In this document: positions 1-9,247 of the stretch, in pieces
How positions within the stretch are numbered: position 1 is the stretch's first letter
Layout: each line of letters starts with the position of its first letter
Source of the DNA: Kiritimatiellia bacterium
GTDB lineage: Bacteria; Verrucomicrobiota; Kiritimatiellia; CAIQIC01; Lenti-01
Direction: 5' to 3'
Assembly: GCA_017458625.1 (NCBI GenBank)
Contig: JAFTAH010000164.1
Coordinates: 37,883 to 101,882, forward strand
Length of the DNA: 64,000 bases
Notes under the pieces: model-generated
Told to the model about the DNA's origin: nothing
Databases searched by the model: none
What the model saw: only the letters and a program-made list of their open reading frames with translations
Made by a program: the position numbers and the translations under genes

Positions 1-715
1 CACGCTTCGCAAAAGACTTGCCAGCAGCCTTGCGATCCTCCTCTGCAACCTCCGCGACCTCGTCCTCCCCTTCGTCCCCTTCCGCAAACGCCTCGTCGGA
101 CGCCTCTGCCGCCGTCGAATCCTCTCCCGCTTCGGTGACTTCTTCCGCCGTCACTTCGTCATCGACAGGTGCAGTCTCGGGCTCCATGCCCTCGGCAGCG
201 ACCTTCGCCCCCGCCTCGACCGCTTCCGGACGCTCCTCGACCACGGCTTCCGCCTCGTCCGCCGCCGCCACGCTCTCCAGCAGACGGCTTTTCTCCTCCG
301 CCTCGTCCAGGGCTGCCGCTCGCTTGTCCCCCTCCTCCCCGTCAAACCGTTTCTTCTTCCCCCACGGCTTGTCAAACGTTTTCTTGCCGAACGGCTTCTT
401 GCCAAACGGCTTGCGACCGAATCCCTGCTTGCCGAACGGCTTCTTGCCCCAGCCGCCCCGCTCGCCTGCCCCGCGGCGGTCGCTCCAGCTCCCCTCCCCC
501 TCCCCGCCCCGTCCCCGCTCGCCATAGGCGGGTCGCCCTTCGAACTCCTCCCGGCCGCCCCCGCTCCGCTCTCCGTAAGCCTTCCGCCCGAACGGCTTCT
601 TGCCTGCCTTCTCGCGCACGGGGCCATGCGCCGCCTTGCGGAAGGACACGCGGCCAAAAGACTGGAAAGCGGCCTCGGCGGGGTCGCTCGCTCGGAAATC
701 ATCGTGGAAGCTCAT
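1..715 (-). CDS. Partial CDS running off the left edge: basic KKPFG-repeat N-terminus followed by an acidic E/A/D-rich tract; product unknown, possibly the extension of an RNA-modifying enzyme
   Basis: Manual translation from ATG at 715 (AGAAAGG upstream): MSFHDDFRASDPAEAAFQSFGRVSFRKAAHGPVREKAGKKPFGRKAYGER...KKPFGKQGFGRKPFGKKPFGKKTFDKPWGKKKRFD...EEDRKAAGKSFAKR; no stop before base 1. Not in the ORF track. Confidence 0.75.
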   Translation of the reverse strand, partial: MSFHDDFRASDPAEAAFQSFGRVSFRKAAHGPVREKAGKKPFGRKAYGERSGGGREEFEGRPAYGERGRGGEGEGSWSDRRGAGERGGWGKKPFGKQGFGRKPFGKKPFGKKTFDKPWGKKKRFDGEEGDKRAAALDEAEEKSRLLESVAAADEAEAVVEERPEAVEAGAKVAAEGMEPETAPVDDEVTAEEVTEAGEDSTAAEASDEAFAEGDEGEDEVAEVAEEDRKAAGKSFAKR

Positions 716-804
716 GGTGCAAACCTTTCTCGCCCATCGCGGGCCGCGCAAGACCTTGCCCCACCCCCGCCGCAAAATCAAGCCGAAACCTCCCAAGAAT
801 GGCA

Positions 805-833
805 TTGACGCACCCCTTACTCGCGCGTACACT
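805..833 (+). promoter_or_regulatory. sigma70-type promoter
   Basis: TTGACG(805-810)-17 bp-TACACT(828-833), upstream of the ATG at 883. Confidence 0.6.
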
Positions 834-882
834 TCCCCCAGCAGTCGGAAAGACTGCCAAAACAATCTCCAGGAGGCCCCGT

Positions 883-1488
883 ATGCCCGAAAATGATGTC
901 CATCCGAATCCCCCCCGTATCGACCTGAGCAAGCCCGCCCCCGCGCCCAGCATCCGCCTGACGTCGCCCACCGCGCCTGTCGCCCCGAAGATCAGCGTGG
1001 CCCCGGCCGCGCCGCACATCGCCCCGGTTGCTCCCGTCGCGCCCAAGGCCGCCACCGGGCCCGTCAGCCTCGGTGCCGACGATGACATCTACAAACGCCG
1101 CACCGCCCTGCTCGACACCAGCAAGATTCCCATGGCCGGCGGGGCGCCCACGCAGTCCATTCCGCGCACGGTCAAGATCAGCGGCCGCCCCACGATCCGC
1201 GTCGGCTCCCAGAGCGGCTCCACCTTCTCCCCGGGACAGTCCGAAAGCCCGGCCTCGGCTGGCGGTGGCGCCAAGCCCGCCATTCGCCTCAAGCGCCCCA
1301 ACGGATCCCTCTCCGTCTCTTCTTCCTCCTCGTCCTCGGAGTCCATGCCCGACAACTTCGTCCTGAGCACGCCCCAGGACGACGAACCCGGTGCCGCCTG
1401 GGCCATCGTCGCGCTCCTCGGCCTTCTCGCCGCCGGCGCCCTCATCTACTTCCAGATCATCTCCATGCAGCTCGTCGCCCACTCCTAG
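883..1488 (+). CDS. Hypothetical Pro/Ser-rich protein with C-terminal membrane anchor
   Basis: AGGAGG RBS then ATG 883 (MPENDVHPNPPRIDLSK...); hydrophobic C-terminus AWAIVALLGLLAAGALIYFQII; C-ending codon bias. Confidence 0.8.
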   Translation: MPENDVHPNPPRIDLSKPAPAPSIRLTSPTAPVAPKISVAPAAPHIAPVAPVAPKAATGPVSLGADDDIYKRRTALLDTSKIPMAGGAPTQSIPRTVKISGRPTIRVGSQSGSTFSPGQSESPASAGGGAKPAIRLKRPNGSLSVSSSSSSSESMPDNFVLSTPQDDEPGAAWAIVALLGLLAAGALIYFQIISMQLVAHS

Positions 1489-1511
1489 GCATCCCGTAGC
1501 GCCGTGCTTCC

Positions 1512-1548
1512 AGGCGACCCTCCTTTTGCGCGGCGGGTCGCCTTTTTT
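1512..1548 (+). terminator. Rho-independent terminator
   Basis: AGGCGACCC...GGGTCGCCT stem followed by a T run, just after the stop at 1488. Confidence 0.65.
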
Positions 1549-1590
1549 GGAACCCGCGCCTTCAGCTCAGACCTAACCGGAGGATTTCCC

Positions 1591-2559
1591 ATGTCCGCTC
1601 CCGCTTCCGCTTCCAAGGCCCCCATCCGCGTCGGCGTCCTCGGCGTCGGCAGCCTGGGCCAGTGGCACGCCCGCATCTACTCCGAGCTTCCCGACGTCGA
1701 GCTCGTGGGCGTCTACGACCCCGACAAGAAGCGCGCGCAGGAGATTGCCGAACGCTACCACACCAAGGCCTATGCCAGCATCGACGCCCTCGCCGCGGAC
1801 ACCGACGCCCTCAACGTCGTCGTCCCTACCGACAAGCACCGCGACGTCGCCGCCGGACTCCTCGCCGCCGGCAAGCACCTCCTCATCGAGAAGCCCATCG
1901 CCTCCACCACCGACGACGCCGAGGAGCTCGTCCGCCTCGCCCAGGAGCACAACGCCATCCTGCAGGTCGGCCACGTCGAGCGCTTCAACCCCGTCCTCGC
2001 CGCCATCAACCCCTCCAAGCAGCACCCCGTCTACATCGAGGCCCTCCGCATCGCCCCCTATCCCCCGCCCCGCATCGGACTCCGCCCCCGCGGCACCGAG
2101 GTCAGCGTCATCCTCGACCTCATGATCCACGACCTCGAGATCATCCTCCACCTCGTCCAGTCCAAGGTCGTCGAAATCCATGCCGTCGGTGTCCCCATCC
2201 TTTCCAAGACCGAGGACCTCGCCAACGCCCGCCTCCGCTTCGAGAACGGCTGCGTCGCCAACGTCTCCGCCTCCCGCCTCTCCACCAAGAAGATGCGCGA
2301 GATCCGGATGTTCCTCCCCGACGCCTACGTCTCCCTCGACTACCAGAACCAGACTGGCAAGATCCTCCGCAAGAAGCTCCTCGGCATCGACCAGAAGGAG
2401 ATTCCCATCCACAAGGACGAGCCCCTGAAGCTGGAGCTGCAGTCCTTCGTCGACTGCGTCCGCAAGCACGGGACGCCGCTGGTGACCGGCGCCCACGCCG
2501 CCGAGGCCCTGAAGCTCGCCGTCGCCATCTGCCAAAGCATCCGCAAGGGCCAGTCCTGA
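1591..2559 (+). CDS. Gfo/Idh/MocA oxidoreductase, GnnA-like (UDP-GlcNAc 3-dehydrogenase)
   Basis: RVGVLGVGSLG Rossmann motif, HLLIEKPIA, QVGHVERFNP, DLMIHDL; GGAGG RBS; lpxB nearby. Confidence 0.85.
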   Translation: MSAPASASKAPIRVGVLGVGSLGQWHARIYSELPDVELVGVYDPDKKRAQEIAERYHTKAYASIDALAADTDALNVVVPTDKHRDVAAGLLAAGKHLLIEKPIASTTDDAEELVRLAQEHNAILQVGHVERFNPVLAAINPSKQHPVYIEALRIAPYPPPRIGLRPRGTEVSVILDLMIHDLEIILHLVQSKVVEIHAVGVPILSKTEDLANARLRFENGCVANVSASRLSTKKMREIRMFLPDAYVSLDYQNQTGKILRKKLLGIDQKEIPIHKDEPLKLELQSFVDCVRKHGTPLVTGAHAAEALKLAVAICQSIRKGQS

Positions 2560-2706
2560 CTCCCCTGCCGGGAGAGCCGCCGCCCGCCGGCCTTTCCATC
2601 CCATCCCGCCTTTCCTTCTTTCCCCCGTCGCCGTCTTGCCGGGCGGCCTCCGTGCCGCCCTCCCTCGTCACCGGAGCGGCCGGGATTTGTTCTCACCCGT
2701 GGAACG

Positions 2707-5700
2707 TCAACGGGACGGGGAACCGGGCCGCGGATTGCGGTTGGTGCGCATTTCTTCGAGATCGGAGATGCCGTCGCCGTCGGAGTCGGCGCCGCCGAGA
2801 AGAGCGTCTGTGCCGAGGACCATCTCCCAGCTGTCGGGAATGCCGTTGCCGTTTTCGTCGGCGACGAGCGGGTTCCAGCCGTGTTCGATTTCGTATGGGT
2901 CGCTGCCGGGCCACTCGCGGACGGGGGTTCCCTGAGGCGTCCACGGATAGATGTCGCCGTCGCTGGCCCAGGCGTTGGGGTTGGTGTGGTGGACGCAACA
3001 TTCTTCGCGGTCGCCCAGGCCGTCGCCGTCGGAGTCGGGGTTGTACGGGTTGGTGGGTTCGCCCCAGGGCTGGTTCAGGCGGCCGGACCACTCGTCGGCG
3101 TCGGGGAGCCCGTCGCCGTCGGTGTCGAGCGCGGCGGCGGCGGGACGGCCGGCAACGCCTGCGCGGGTCGTCCAGTCGTGCGAGCGGTTGTTGTCGACGC
3201 CCGGATAGTGGCGGACAATCGTCTCATTGCCCTTGGGCCGCACGCCGACGTCGCTGTCCCACCCTTCGCGGTCGAGGCCGCCCTTTTCGGGAAAGTGGTT
3301 GCGGCCGACAATCACGGCATCGGCGATGTTCCCGCACGCCACACCGTCCCAGACCAGCCGGACGCCGCACGCCGGCGTGGCGGGCCAATGCGCGGGAAAG
3401 CCCAAATCGGCGTGGAAATCGGCGTTTGCGACGCCCTTTTCGCCGATCAGGAGGGTGCTTCCCGGCGGCATCGAACAGCCGGCGGGAAACGCGAGCACCG
3501 TCCGCCATTCGCCGTCCCTGGCAGTTTCGAGGCGGAAGCCCTCCAACGAAACCTCGTGCGGCAGGGAAGAATACAGTTCGACCCACGAGCCGCCCGCCCC
3601 TTCGGGGTCGGTCCACAGCGCGTTGACGGTGAGCCCCGCGTCCCGGTAGGGACTGAGCGGATCCGAGCCGAGGAAGCCTTCGAGCCCGTCGCCCCGCGTG
3701 TCGCCGTCGGTGTCGCAGCGGTCGGGGAAGGTGCGCCATTCGACGACTTCCCGACCGTCGTCGAGCCCGTCGCCGTCGGCGTCCTCCTTGACGGCGAACA
3801 CGTAGAGGCGCAGGGCCCCGGGCGCGTCCGGCCAGGCGTCCCAGCGGACCACCCACCAGCCGCCGTCGGCCTCCGCGTCGAAGCGGGCCGCGGGCGTGCC
3901 GCTCCCGACCGCCTCGCCCGCCTTTTGCGCGAGTTCCGTGCCGTAGCCCTCCAGCGTCCAGGCGAACACCTCGACCTTTGCGCCCTTCTTCCAGCCCTTG
4001 GGCTTCACCGCCACGTCCGCCCCGTTCCACGCCAGCACCCCCGCCAGCGGCCGCACGGGCACCGCCACGTCCCCGCCGTTCCACACCTGAACGCCGCCCC
4101 CCTGCCTGAACACGGGCGCCGGGGCCTTCCATTTTGTCCGGCCGCGCCACAGTTCCCGGCCCGCCCCGTTCCACACCACCGTTTCCGCGCGGAACGGGTC
4201 CATTCCCACGCCCACCGACGCCATCCCGCCCTGTGCCGACCGCACTTCCCGCCGCCCCTTGCCAGCCGGAAGCACCACCCCGCGCACGCCCTCCGGCACC
4301 CGCGGCGTCGCCTCCTCCTCCGCGAACGACGCGACCTTCCATTCCGCCACGCGGTCCGCCCCGTCCGCAGCTTTCGGCCTTCCCCTTGGCTCGATGCTCC
4401 GCGCCGCCGCCAGCGGCGCCTCGGGCGAAACAAGGACGCGCAACACGTTGGTCGCCGTCAGGGAGCTGTCGAGCACCAGGCGCGTTTCGCTTCCGGCAGG
4501 GAACGATTTGAGCAGGGCGAGGCTGGGAGCGGCGGACGTCTCCGTCATGTTCAGCCAAAGCGTCACGGGGCAGCGGACGCGCCCGGCAAACCCGCACAGC
4601 TCGTAATAGGGCATCCAGCGCCGCGCTTCGTCGTGGCGTCCGCTGCGCTCGTGCCAGCGGAATTCCGGCCACGCCTGATAGTTTTCGGACATGACGTCCA
4701 CGAACACGGGATGGTGCGCGGCCACTTCCTCCACGCGGGGGTTCAACGCCGCGGTCATGAGCGCAAGGGCCGCCCCCTGGTCAGTGCCGACGCAGCGGAT
4801 GCGGGGCGAGCCTGTGCGTTCCGCGAGCCATTCCACAGCCCGTTGCGCGCCGGACAGGACCGGATGGAAGAAATACGCCTCAAGCCCCTCGTCGATGCCG
4901 TCCAGCGCATAGCCCTCGAACCAGGTCCCCTGGGAAATGTGGTATTTGTCCCGGACGGCCCACTCGCCGCGATGATAGTCGTAGCCGGGTTCGAAAACGG
5001 AAAGGTAGAGGACGGTTCGCTCCGTCGGCCTGGGAAGGCTGGCCGGATCGGGGTCAGGGCCGCGACCGAAGAACGCAAGCGTCGGCGCGGCCTCGGAAGG
5101 GGCACCACCCGTCGGCTCCGACAGCCAGCCTGCGACCCGCCGACCGCCGACATCGAACACGATGCGCGAAAAGCGCAGATCGGGAGAGCCGGCCTCCGGC
5201 ATCTCCTCGACCTCAACCTCGCCGCCCCAATCCCCGCGCATAGCCGCAACGTCCGCATCCCAGACCTCGTCGAAGTCGGCGGCCTTCCCGGGAAGCGACA
5301 GCGTGGCCCATCGAGTCTCCAGCTCGTGTCCGAGCGAGCGGTGGTCCTTCCGCAGGAGCTCGCCGGGGGTCGTGCCTTCGGCAAAGAGCGTCCCCGGCGG
5401 CCAGCGGCTTGTGCCATCCTCCCGCAAGCGCCCTTTCAGGTTCAGGACGACCCGGTTTTCCTCCCCGATTTCGTCCCACCGCTTGAGTCCGTCGGGCCCC
5501 CAGTAGAGTTCGCGCTCCACCTGGGCATGGAAGTCCTCCTTGCCGTTCTCCGTCCACGCCCACCCCTCGAGGCGCACTTTCTCACAACTGCTCATGTCGA
5601 TGGGAACGTAGGCCTCGCCATTCTCGTCCGTGGTGACGGAGGCCAGATACCACCCCCGCGGGCACGGCTTCCCGTCATAGACAACGCGGTACCCGAAGCG

Positions 5701-6168
5701 CGCATCGACAATCACCGCGATTTCGCACCCCGGAACAGGCCTCAATGCGCTGTCGGTGAGGACCACCTTCAGCCCTTTGTGTGCGCAAACGTGCCCTTCC
5801 CACAGTTTCAGGGCGAGGTCGTACGGAATGAGCGCCGTGTCCACCAGCGGGCAAACCGCGAATTGCTCCACGGCGTACAGCGGCAGCCCCGGAAACAGCG
5901 CCAACGCCATCGTGCAGGGGTTGAAGTGGAACCCTTCGCCTTGGTTCGCCTCCAGCAGCGCCTTGCCCGCGAGGCCGAACGGCAGATATTCATCCCGGTA
6001 ATCCGCAGTATAGCGGTACAGCCCCCCGTCCCGCCCCGGCCCGGGAATCGGCTGGAACGAGGTGCAGCCCGCGCACAGCAACAGCAAAACCGCCCCGAAC
6101 GCCGCCGCTCCCGGACGCTTTTTTCCGCCCCCCCCAACGCCGCCAAACCGTTTCTTGAATGTTCCCAT
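2707..6168 (-). CDS. Large modular lipoprotein (~1150 aa): YceK/YidQ-like N-terminus, acetylxylan-esterase-like alpha/beta-hydrolase domain, lamin-tail-like domain, DxDGDG Ca-binding repeats
   Basis: Lipobox LLLLCAGC; PLVDTALIPYD; GAQRAVEWL..GTDQGAALALMTAAL; LTVNALWTDPEGAGGSWVELYS; repeated DADGDGL/DTDGDGL/DSDGDGL. Start taken as MGTFKKR (6168). Confidence 0.8.
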   Translation of the reverse strand: MGTFKKRFGGVGGGGKKRPGAAAFGAVLLLLCAGCTSFQPIPGPGRDGGLYRYTADYRDEYLPFGLAGKALLEANQGEGFHFNPCTMALALFPGLPLYAVEQFAVCPLVDTALIPYDLALKLWEGHVCAHKGLKVVLTDSALRPVPGCEIAVIVDARFGYRVVYDGKPCPRGWYLASVTTDENGEAYVPIDMSSCEKVRLEGWAWTENGKEDFHAQVERELYWGPDGLKRWDEIGEENRVVLNLKGRLREDGTSRWPPGTLFAEGTTPGELLRKDHRSLGHELETRWATLSLPGKAADFDEVWDADVAAMRGDWGGEVEVEEMPEAGSPDLRFSRIVFDVGGRRVAGWLSEPTGGAPSEAAPTLAFFGRGPDPDPASLPRPTERTVLYLSVFEPGYDYHRGEWAVRDKYHISQGTWFEGYALDGIDEGLEAYFFHPVLSGAQRAVEWLAERTGSPRIRCVGTDQGAALALMTAALNPRVEEVAAHHPVFVDVMSENYQAWPEFRWHERSGRHDEARRWMPYYELCGFAGRVRCPVTLWLNMTETSAAPSLALLKSFPAGSETRLVLDSSLTATNVLRVLVSPEAPLAAARSIEPRGRPKAADGADRVAEWKVASFAEEEATPRVPEGVRGVVLPAGKGRREVRSAQGGMASVGVGMDPFRAETVVWNGAGRELWRGRTKWKAPAPVFRQGGGVQVWNGGDVAVPVRPLAGVLAWNGADVAVKPKGWKKGAKVEVFAWTLEGYGTELAQKAGEAVGSGTPAARFDAEADGGWWVVRWDAWPDAPGALRLYVFAVKEDADGDGLDDGREVVEWRTFPDRCDTDGDTRGDGLEGFLGSDPLSPYRDAGLTVNALWTDPEGAGGSWVELYSSLPHEVSLEGFRLETARDGEWRTVLAFPAGCSMPPGSTLLIGEKGVANADFHADLGFPAHWPATPACGVRLVWDGVACGNIADAVIVGRNHFPEKGGLDREGWDSDVGVRPKGNETIVRHYPGVDNNRSHDWTTRAGVAGRPAAAALDTDGDGLPDADEWSGRLNQPWGEPTNPYNPDSDGDGLGDREECCVHHTNPNAWASDGDIYPWTPQGTPVREWPGSDPYEIEHGWNPLVADENGNGIPDSWEMVLGTDALLGGADSDGDGISDLEEMRTNRNPRPGSPSR

Positions 6169-6298
6169 CGCCTTTTGTCTTTCATCCCCCCCGTCCCCGT
6201 CTTGCCGCGGCCCCGCCGTGGGCCGCTCTATTTCCCTTCTGTCGTCCGTCATCTCTCGTCCTCTCCCCCCCTCCACCTTGTTCGGTCCTTCTTCCCCC

Positions 6299-7066
6299 TC
6301 AACTCGACGCTCTCCAATCGCTCGCCAGCAACTTCCACCTCCCGCCGTCGAAAACGACTGGATACTTGCTCACAACTGGTTTTCCATCCTCGAAACCGGA
6401 GATAACCAACAGGGCCAGCAATTTCTCCTTGTCTTCGTCACAGTCCAACGCGCTACAGAAACGGTAATCCAACTCGGCATACATCTCGAAAATTTTCTCT
6501 ATTTCGACACCTTTGAGAGAGCCAAGCAGATAACTGCAGGCGTTGTCGAAATAAAACAACTCCTCGAAATTTTCCGGCAAAGTCTCTTCCTTCAAATGGT
6601 TCAGCCTTCGGACAAATGCCGTCAGTCGCCTATATGCCCCCGGGTGTTTCTCCCATAACCGGAACACCTTCTGATAGGCATCGCTCAACTTCTTGGACAC
6701 CAACGCCACTTCTTCCCCGTCCTCCTCCACGACCAGCCGCCCGATTTCCTCGTGCCATCTGTCCGGCAACCGTGGACGCTCCGCCGACCACTCCATCCAC
6801 TTGATTTCCCGTCCTTTTCCATCCCTTTGGCGGCCTTGAAAGTCACGCGAACCCTTCGGTGCCAATTCCGCCAGAATCCCGAGATAATCCTCCGCCATCG
6901 CCGCCCGTTCCCCCCGCCCCAACCCTTCGTCCTCGAACACGACTCTCCACGACCCGCCCTCCCCATTGGGCACCCGCCAATCCCCCGCCGAAAACACCGC
7001 GCACCCCGCCGCCACCCCCGCCGCCGCCAAAATCCCAGCAATCCAAAGTTTTCTCTTTGCTTTCAT
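6299..7066 (-). CDS. Hypothetical exported protein, visibly lower GC than its flanks
   Basis: 255-aa ORF with signal-like N-terminus MKAKRKLWIAGILAAAGVAAGC; AT-richer codons. Confidence 0.75.
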   Translation of the reverse strand: MKAKRKLWIAGILAAAGVAAGCAVFSAGDWRVPNGEGGSWRVVFEDEGLGRGERAAMAEDYLGILAELAPKGSRDFQGRQRDGKGREIKWMEWSAERPRLPDRWHEEIGRLVVEEDGEEVALVSKKLSDAYQKVFRLWEKHPGAYRRLTAFVRRLNHLKEETLPENFEELFYFDNACSYLLGSLKGVEIEKIFEMYAELDYRFCSALDCDEDKEKLLALLVISGFEDGKPVVSKYPVVFDGGRWKLLASDWRASS

Positions 7067-7243
7067 CTATTCCGTCCCTTCCAGTCCCCCTTGCTTTCTC
7101 CCTCCAGCGCCAGCACCATCGCCGAGATCGCAAGCACCTCTACCCCTGTTTCCTTCAATTTCTCGCCGAACTCCAAATCAACTCCTCCTCCGCCACTCTA
7201 CCCCACCCTCGCCCCTCCCGCAACCTCCTTTTTGCCCTCCCTC

Positions 7244-7280
7244 CACTTTTCACCTTTGCATTTTTCACTTTTCACTTTTT
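7244..7280 (+). repeat. Degenerate TTTTCAC heptamer tandem repeat (~5 units)
   Basis: cacttttcacctttgcatttttcacttttcactttttt. Confidence 0.55.
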
Positions 7281-7314
7281 TTGTCTCCCCTTCGTGCTTT
7301 GATGGGCGCATCCC

Positions 7315-7740
7315 ATGAACACGGACCCCGTCAATCCCAATCCCTCCGCCTCCGCCCGCCGCGTCTTCGTTTCCGCCGGCGAAGCCTCCGGCGACGCCCA
7401 TGCCGCCCGCCTCCTCCGCGCCCTGCCGCCGGAAATCCGCGGCACCACCGACTTCTACGGCATCGGCGGCGACGCCCTCCGCGCCCTCGAAAACGACCGC
7501 CCCGCGGCCCTCCTCACGGTCGATTATCCCGGCTTCAATCTCCGCCTCGCCGCCGCCGCCCACCGCCTCGGCATTCCCGTCTGCCACTACATTTCGCCGC
7601 AGGTGTGGGCCTGGAACCGCGGGCGCATCCCGAAAATCGCGCGCATCCTCGACCTGCTGATGGTCATTTTCCCGTTCGAGACGGAGGTGTTCGGCGGCAT
7701 GGTAGAAGTCCACGATCTCCCGCGCCCCGTCAAGCCCTGA
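7315..7740 (+). pseudogene. lpxB: Truncated, internally deleted lpxB duplicate
   Basis: RVFVSAGEASGDAHAA..GIGGD..VDYPGFN..HYISPQVWAWNRGR..LLMVIFPFE aligns with the first ~170 aa of the intact lpxB; ~37 codons missing after GIGGD and the C-terminal part is absent. Confidence 0.8.
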
Positions 7741-7882
7741 TTTCTGTCAAATTTTGCAACCCCTTCGCCTCACCCTCCCACTTCCCCTCACAAATCTGTC
7801 CGACACCCGCGCGTCCCTCCCGCTTTTCGTTGTCACTTTTCGCTTTTTTTTGTCCCCCCTTCGTGCTTTGATGGCCCCACCC

Positions 7883-9106
7883 ATGAGCACGGACTCCGCC
7901 AACCCCACCCCCTCCGCCCCCGCCCGCAAGCGCGTCTTCATCTCCGCCGGCGAGCTTTCCGGCGACCTGCACGCCGCGCGCCTCATCCGCGGAATCCCGG
8001 CCGAGGCCCGCGCGCAAATCGACTTCCATGGCATCGGCGGCGACTCCATGGCCGGGGAAGGCGTGCGCCTCCTCGCCAACGCCAGCGAACTGGCCGTCGT
8101 CGGCGTCTGGGAAGTCGTCAAGCGGCTCCCGGCCATCTGGCGCATCTACCGCCGTGCCTGCCGCGCCCTCCGCGAAAACCCGCCCGACGCGTTGCTCCTC
8201 GTCGACTACCCCGGCTTCAACCTCAAGCTCGCCGCCTACGCCCACAAGCTCGGCATCCCCGTCGCCTACTACATCTCCCCGCAGGTCTGGGCCTGGAACC
8301 GGGCCCGCATCCCCCGCATGGCCCGCATCATCGACCTCCTCATGGTCATCTTCCCCTTCGAGGTCGACGTCTTCAAGGACACCTCTCTCCACCCCGTCTT
8401 CGTCGGTCATCCCCTCGTCCCCAGCATCCAGGCCACCCTCGCCAAGCCGCCCGAACCCGTCCCCTGGCCGTCCCAGGACGACACCACCCCGACTGCCCCG
8501 GCCGACCGCGTCGCCATCCTCCCCGGCAGCCGCCGCATGGAGATCGAGCGCATCCTGCCCCTCCTCCTTGCGGCCGCGCAGGAAATCCATCGGCGCCGAC
8601 CTGCCGTCCGCTTTGTCGTCACCGCCGCCGGCCCCGAGCAGGAAGCCCTCATCCGCCCCCAGCTCGAGGCCCTGCCCGCCGACATCCGCTCCCTGTTCGC
8701 CCTCAATACCGGCCACATGCGCTCCGTCGTCCGCACCGCCCGCGCCGCCATGGTCTGCTCCGGAACCGCCACCGTCGAGACCGGCCTCCTCTCCTGCCCC
8801 ATGATCGTCGTCTATCGCGCCGCCCCCCTCACCTACTGGCTCGGGCGCAAGGTCGTCCGCGTCAAATGGCTCGGCATGGTCAACCTGGTCGCCGACCGCA
8901 CCCTCTGCCCCGAATTCATCCAGGACGACGCCACCCCGACCGCCATGGCCGACGCCGTCCTCCCCCTCCTCGACGACACCCCGGCCCGCCGTGCCCAGCT
9001 CGACGGCCTCGCCGCCGTCTCCCGTGCCCTCGCCGGCGACCCCTCCACCACCCCCGCCCTCGCCCTCCTCCACTTCCTCTCCCAATCCTCTCCTCTGGAA
9101 TCCTAG
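7883..9106 (+). CDS. lpxB: Lipid-A-disaccharide synthase
   Basis: ISAGELSGDLHAA, VDYPGFN, YYISPQVWAW, FVGHPL, ILPGSR, SGTATVE, PEFIQ. Confidence 0.95.
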   Translation: MSTDSANPTPSAPARKRVFISAGELSGDLHAARLIRGIPAEARAQIDFHGIGGDSMAGEGVRLLANASELAVVGVWEVVKRLPAIWRIYRRACRALRENPPDALLLVDYPGFNLKLAAYAHKLGIPVAYYISPQVWAWNRARIPRMARIIDLLMVIFPFEVDVFKDTSLHPVFVGHPLVPSIQATLAKPPEPVPWPSQDDTTPTAPADRVAILPGSRRMEIERILPLLLAAAQEIHRRRPAVRFVVTAAGPEQEALIRPQLEALPADIRSLFALNTGHMRSVVRTARAAMVCSGTATVETGLLSCPMIVVYRAAPLTYWLGRKVVRVKWLGMVNLVADRTLCPEFIQDDATPTAMADAVLPLLDDTPARRAQLDGLAAVSRALAGDPSTTPALALLHFLSQSSPLES

Positions 9107-9156
9107 CCTCCTAGACAATCTTGCTTGTCGAGAAATCTCTAGCCTTTTCTGGAATT
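9103..9156. repeat. Degenerate CTAG octamer array beginning at the lpxB stop
   Basis: CTAG at 9103, 9111, 9139 plus CTTG/CTGG variants. Confidence 0.45.
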
Positions 9157-9178
9157 CTCCAGCCAACTCAACACCCGC

Positions 9179-9207
9179 TTGCCAAAAGCATGAGAGGCAG
9201 GTATGCT
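9179..9207 (+). promoter_or_regulatory. sigma70-type promoter for dfx
   Basis: TTGCCA(9179-9184)-17 bp-TATGCT(9202-9207). Confidence 0.55.
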
Positions 9208-9247
9208 TCCGCTCGTTGGCTCAAGGAACATCGAACCGGAGGTCTCC

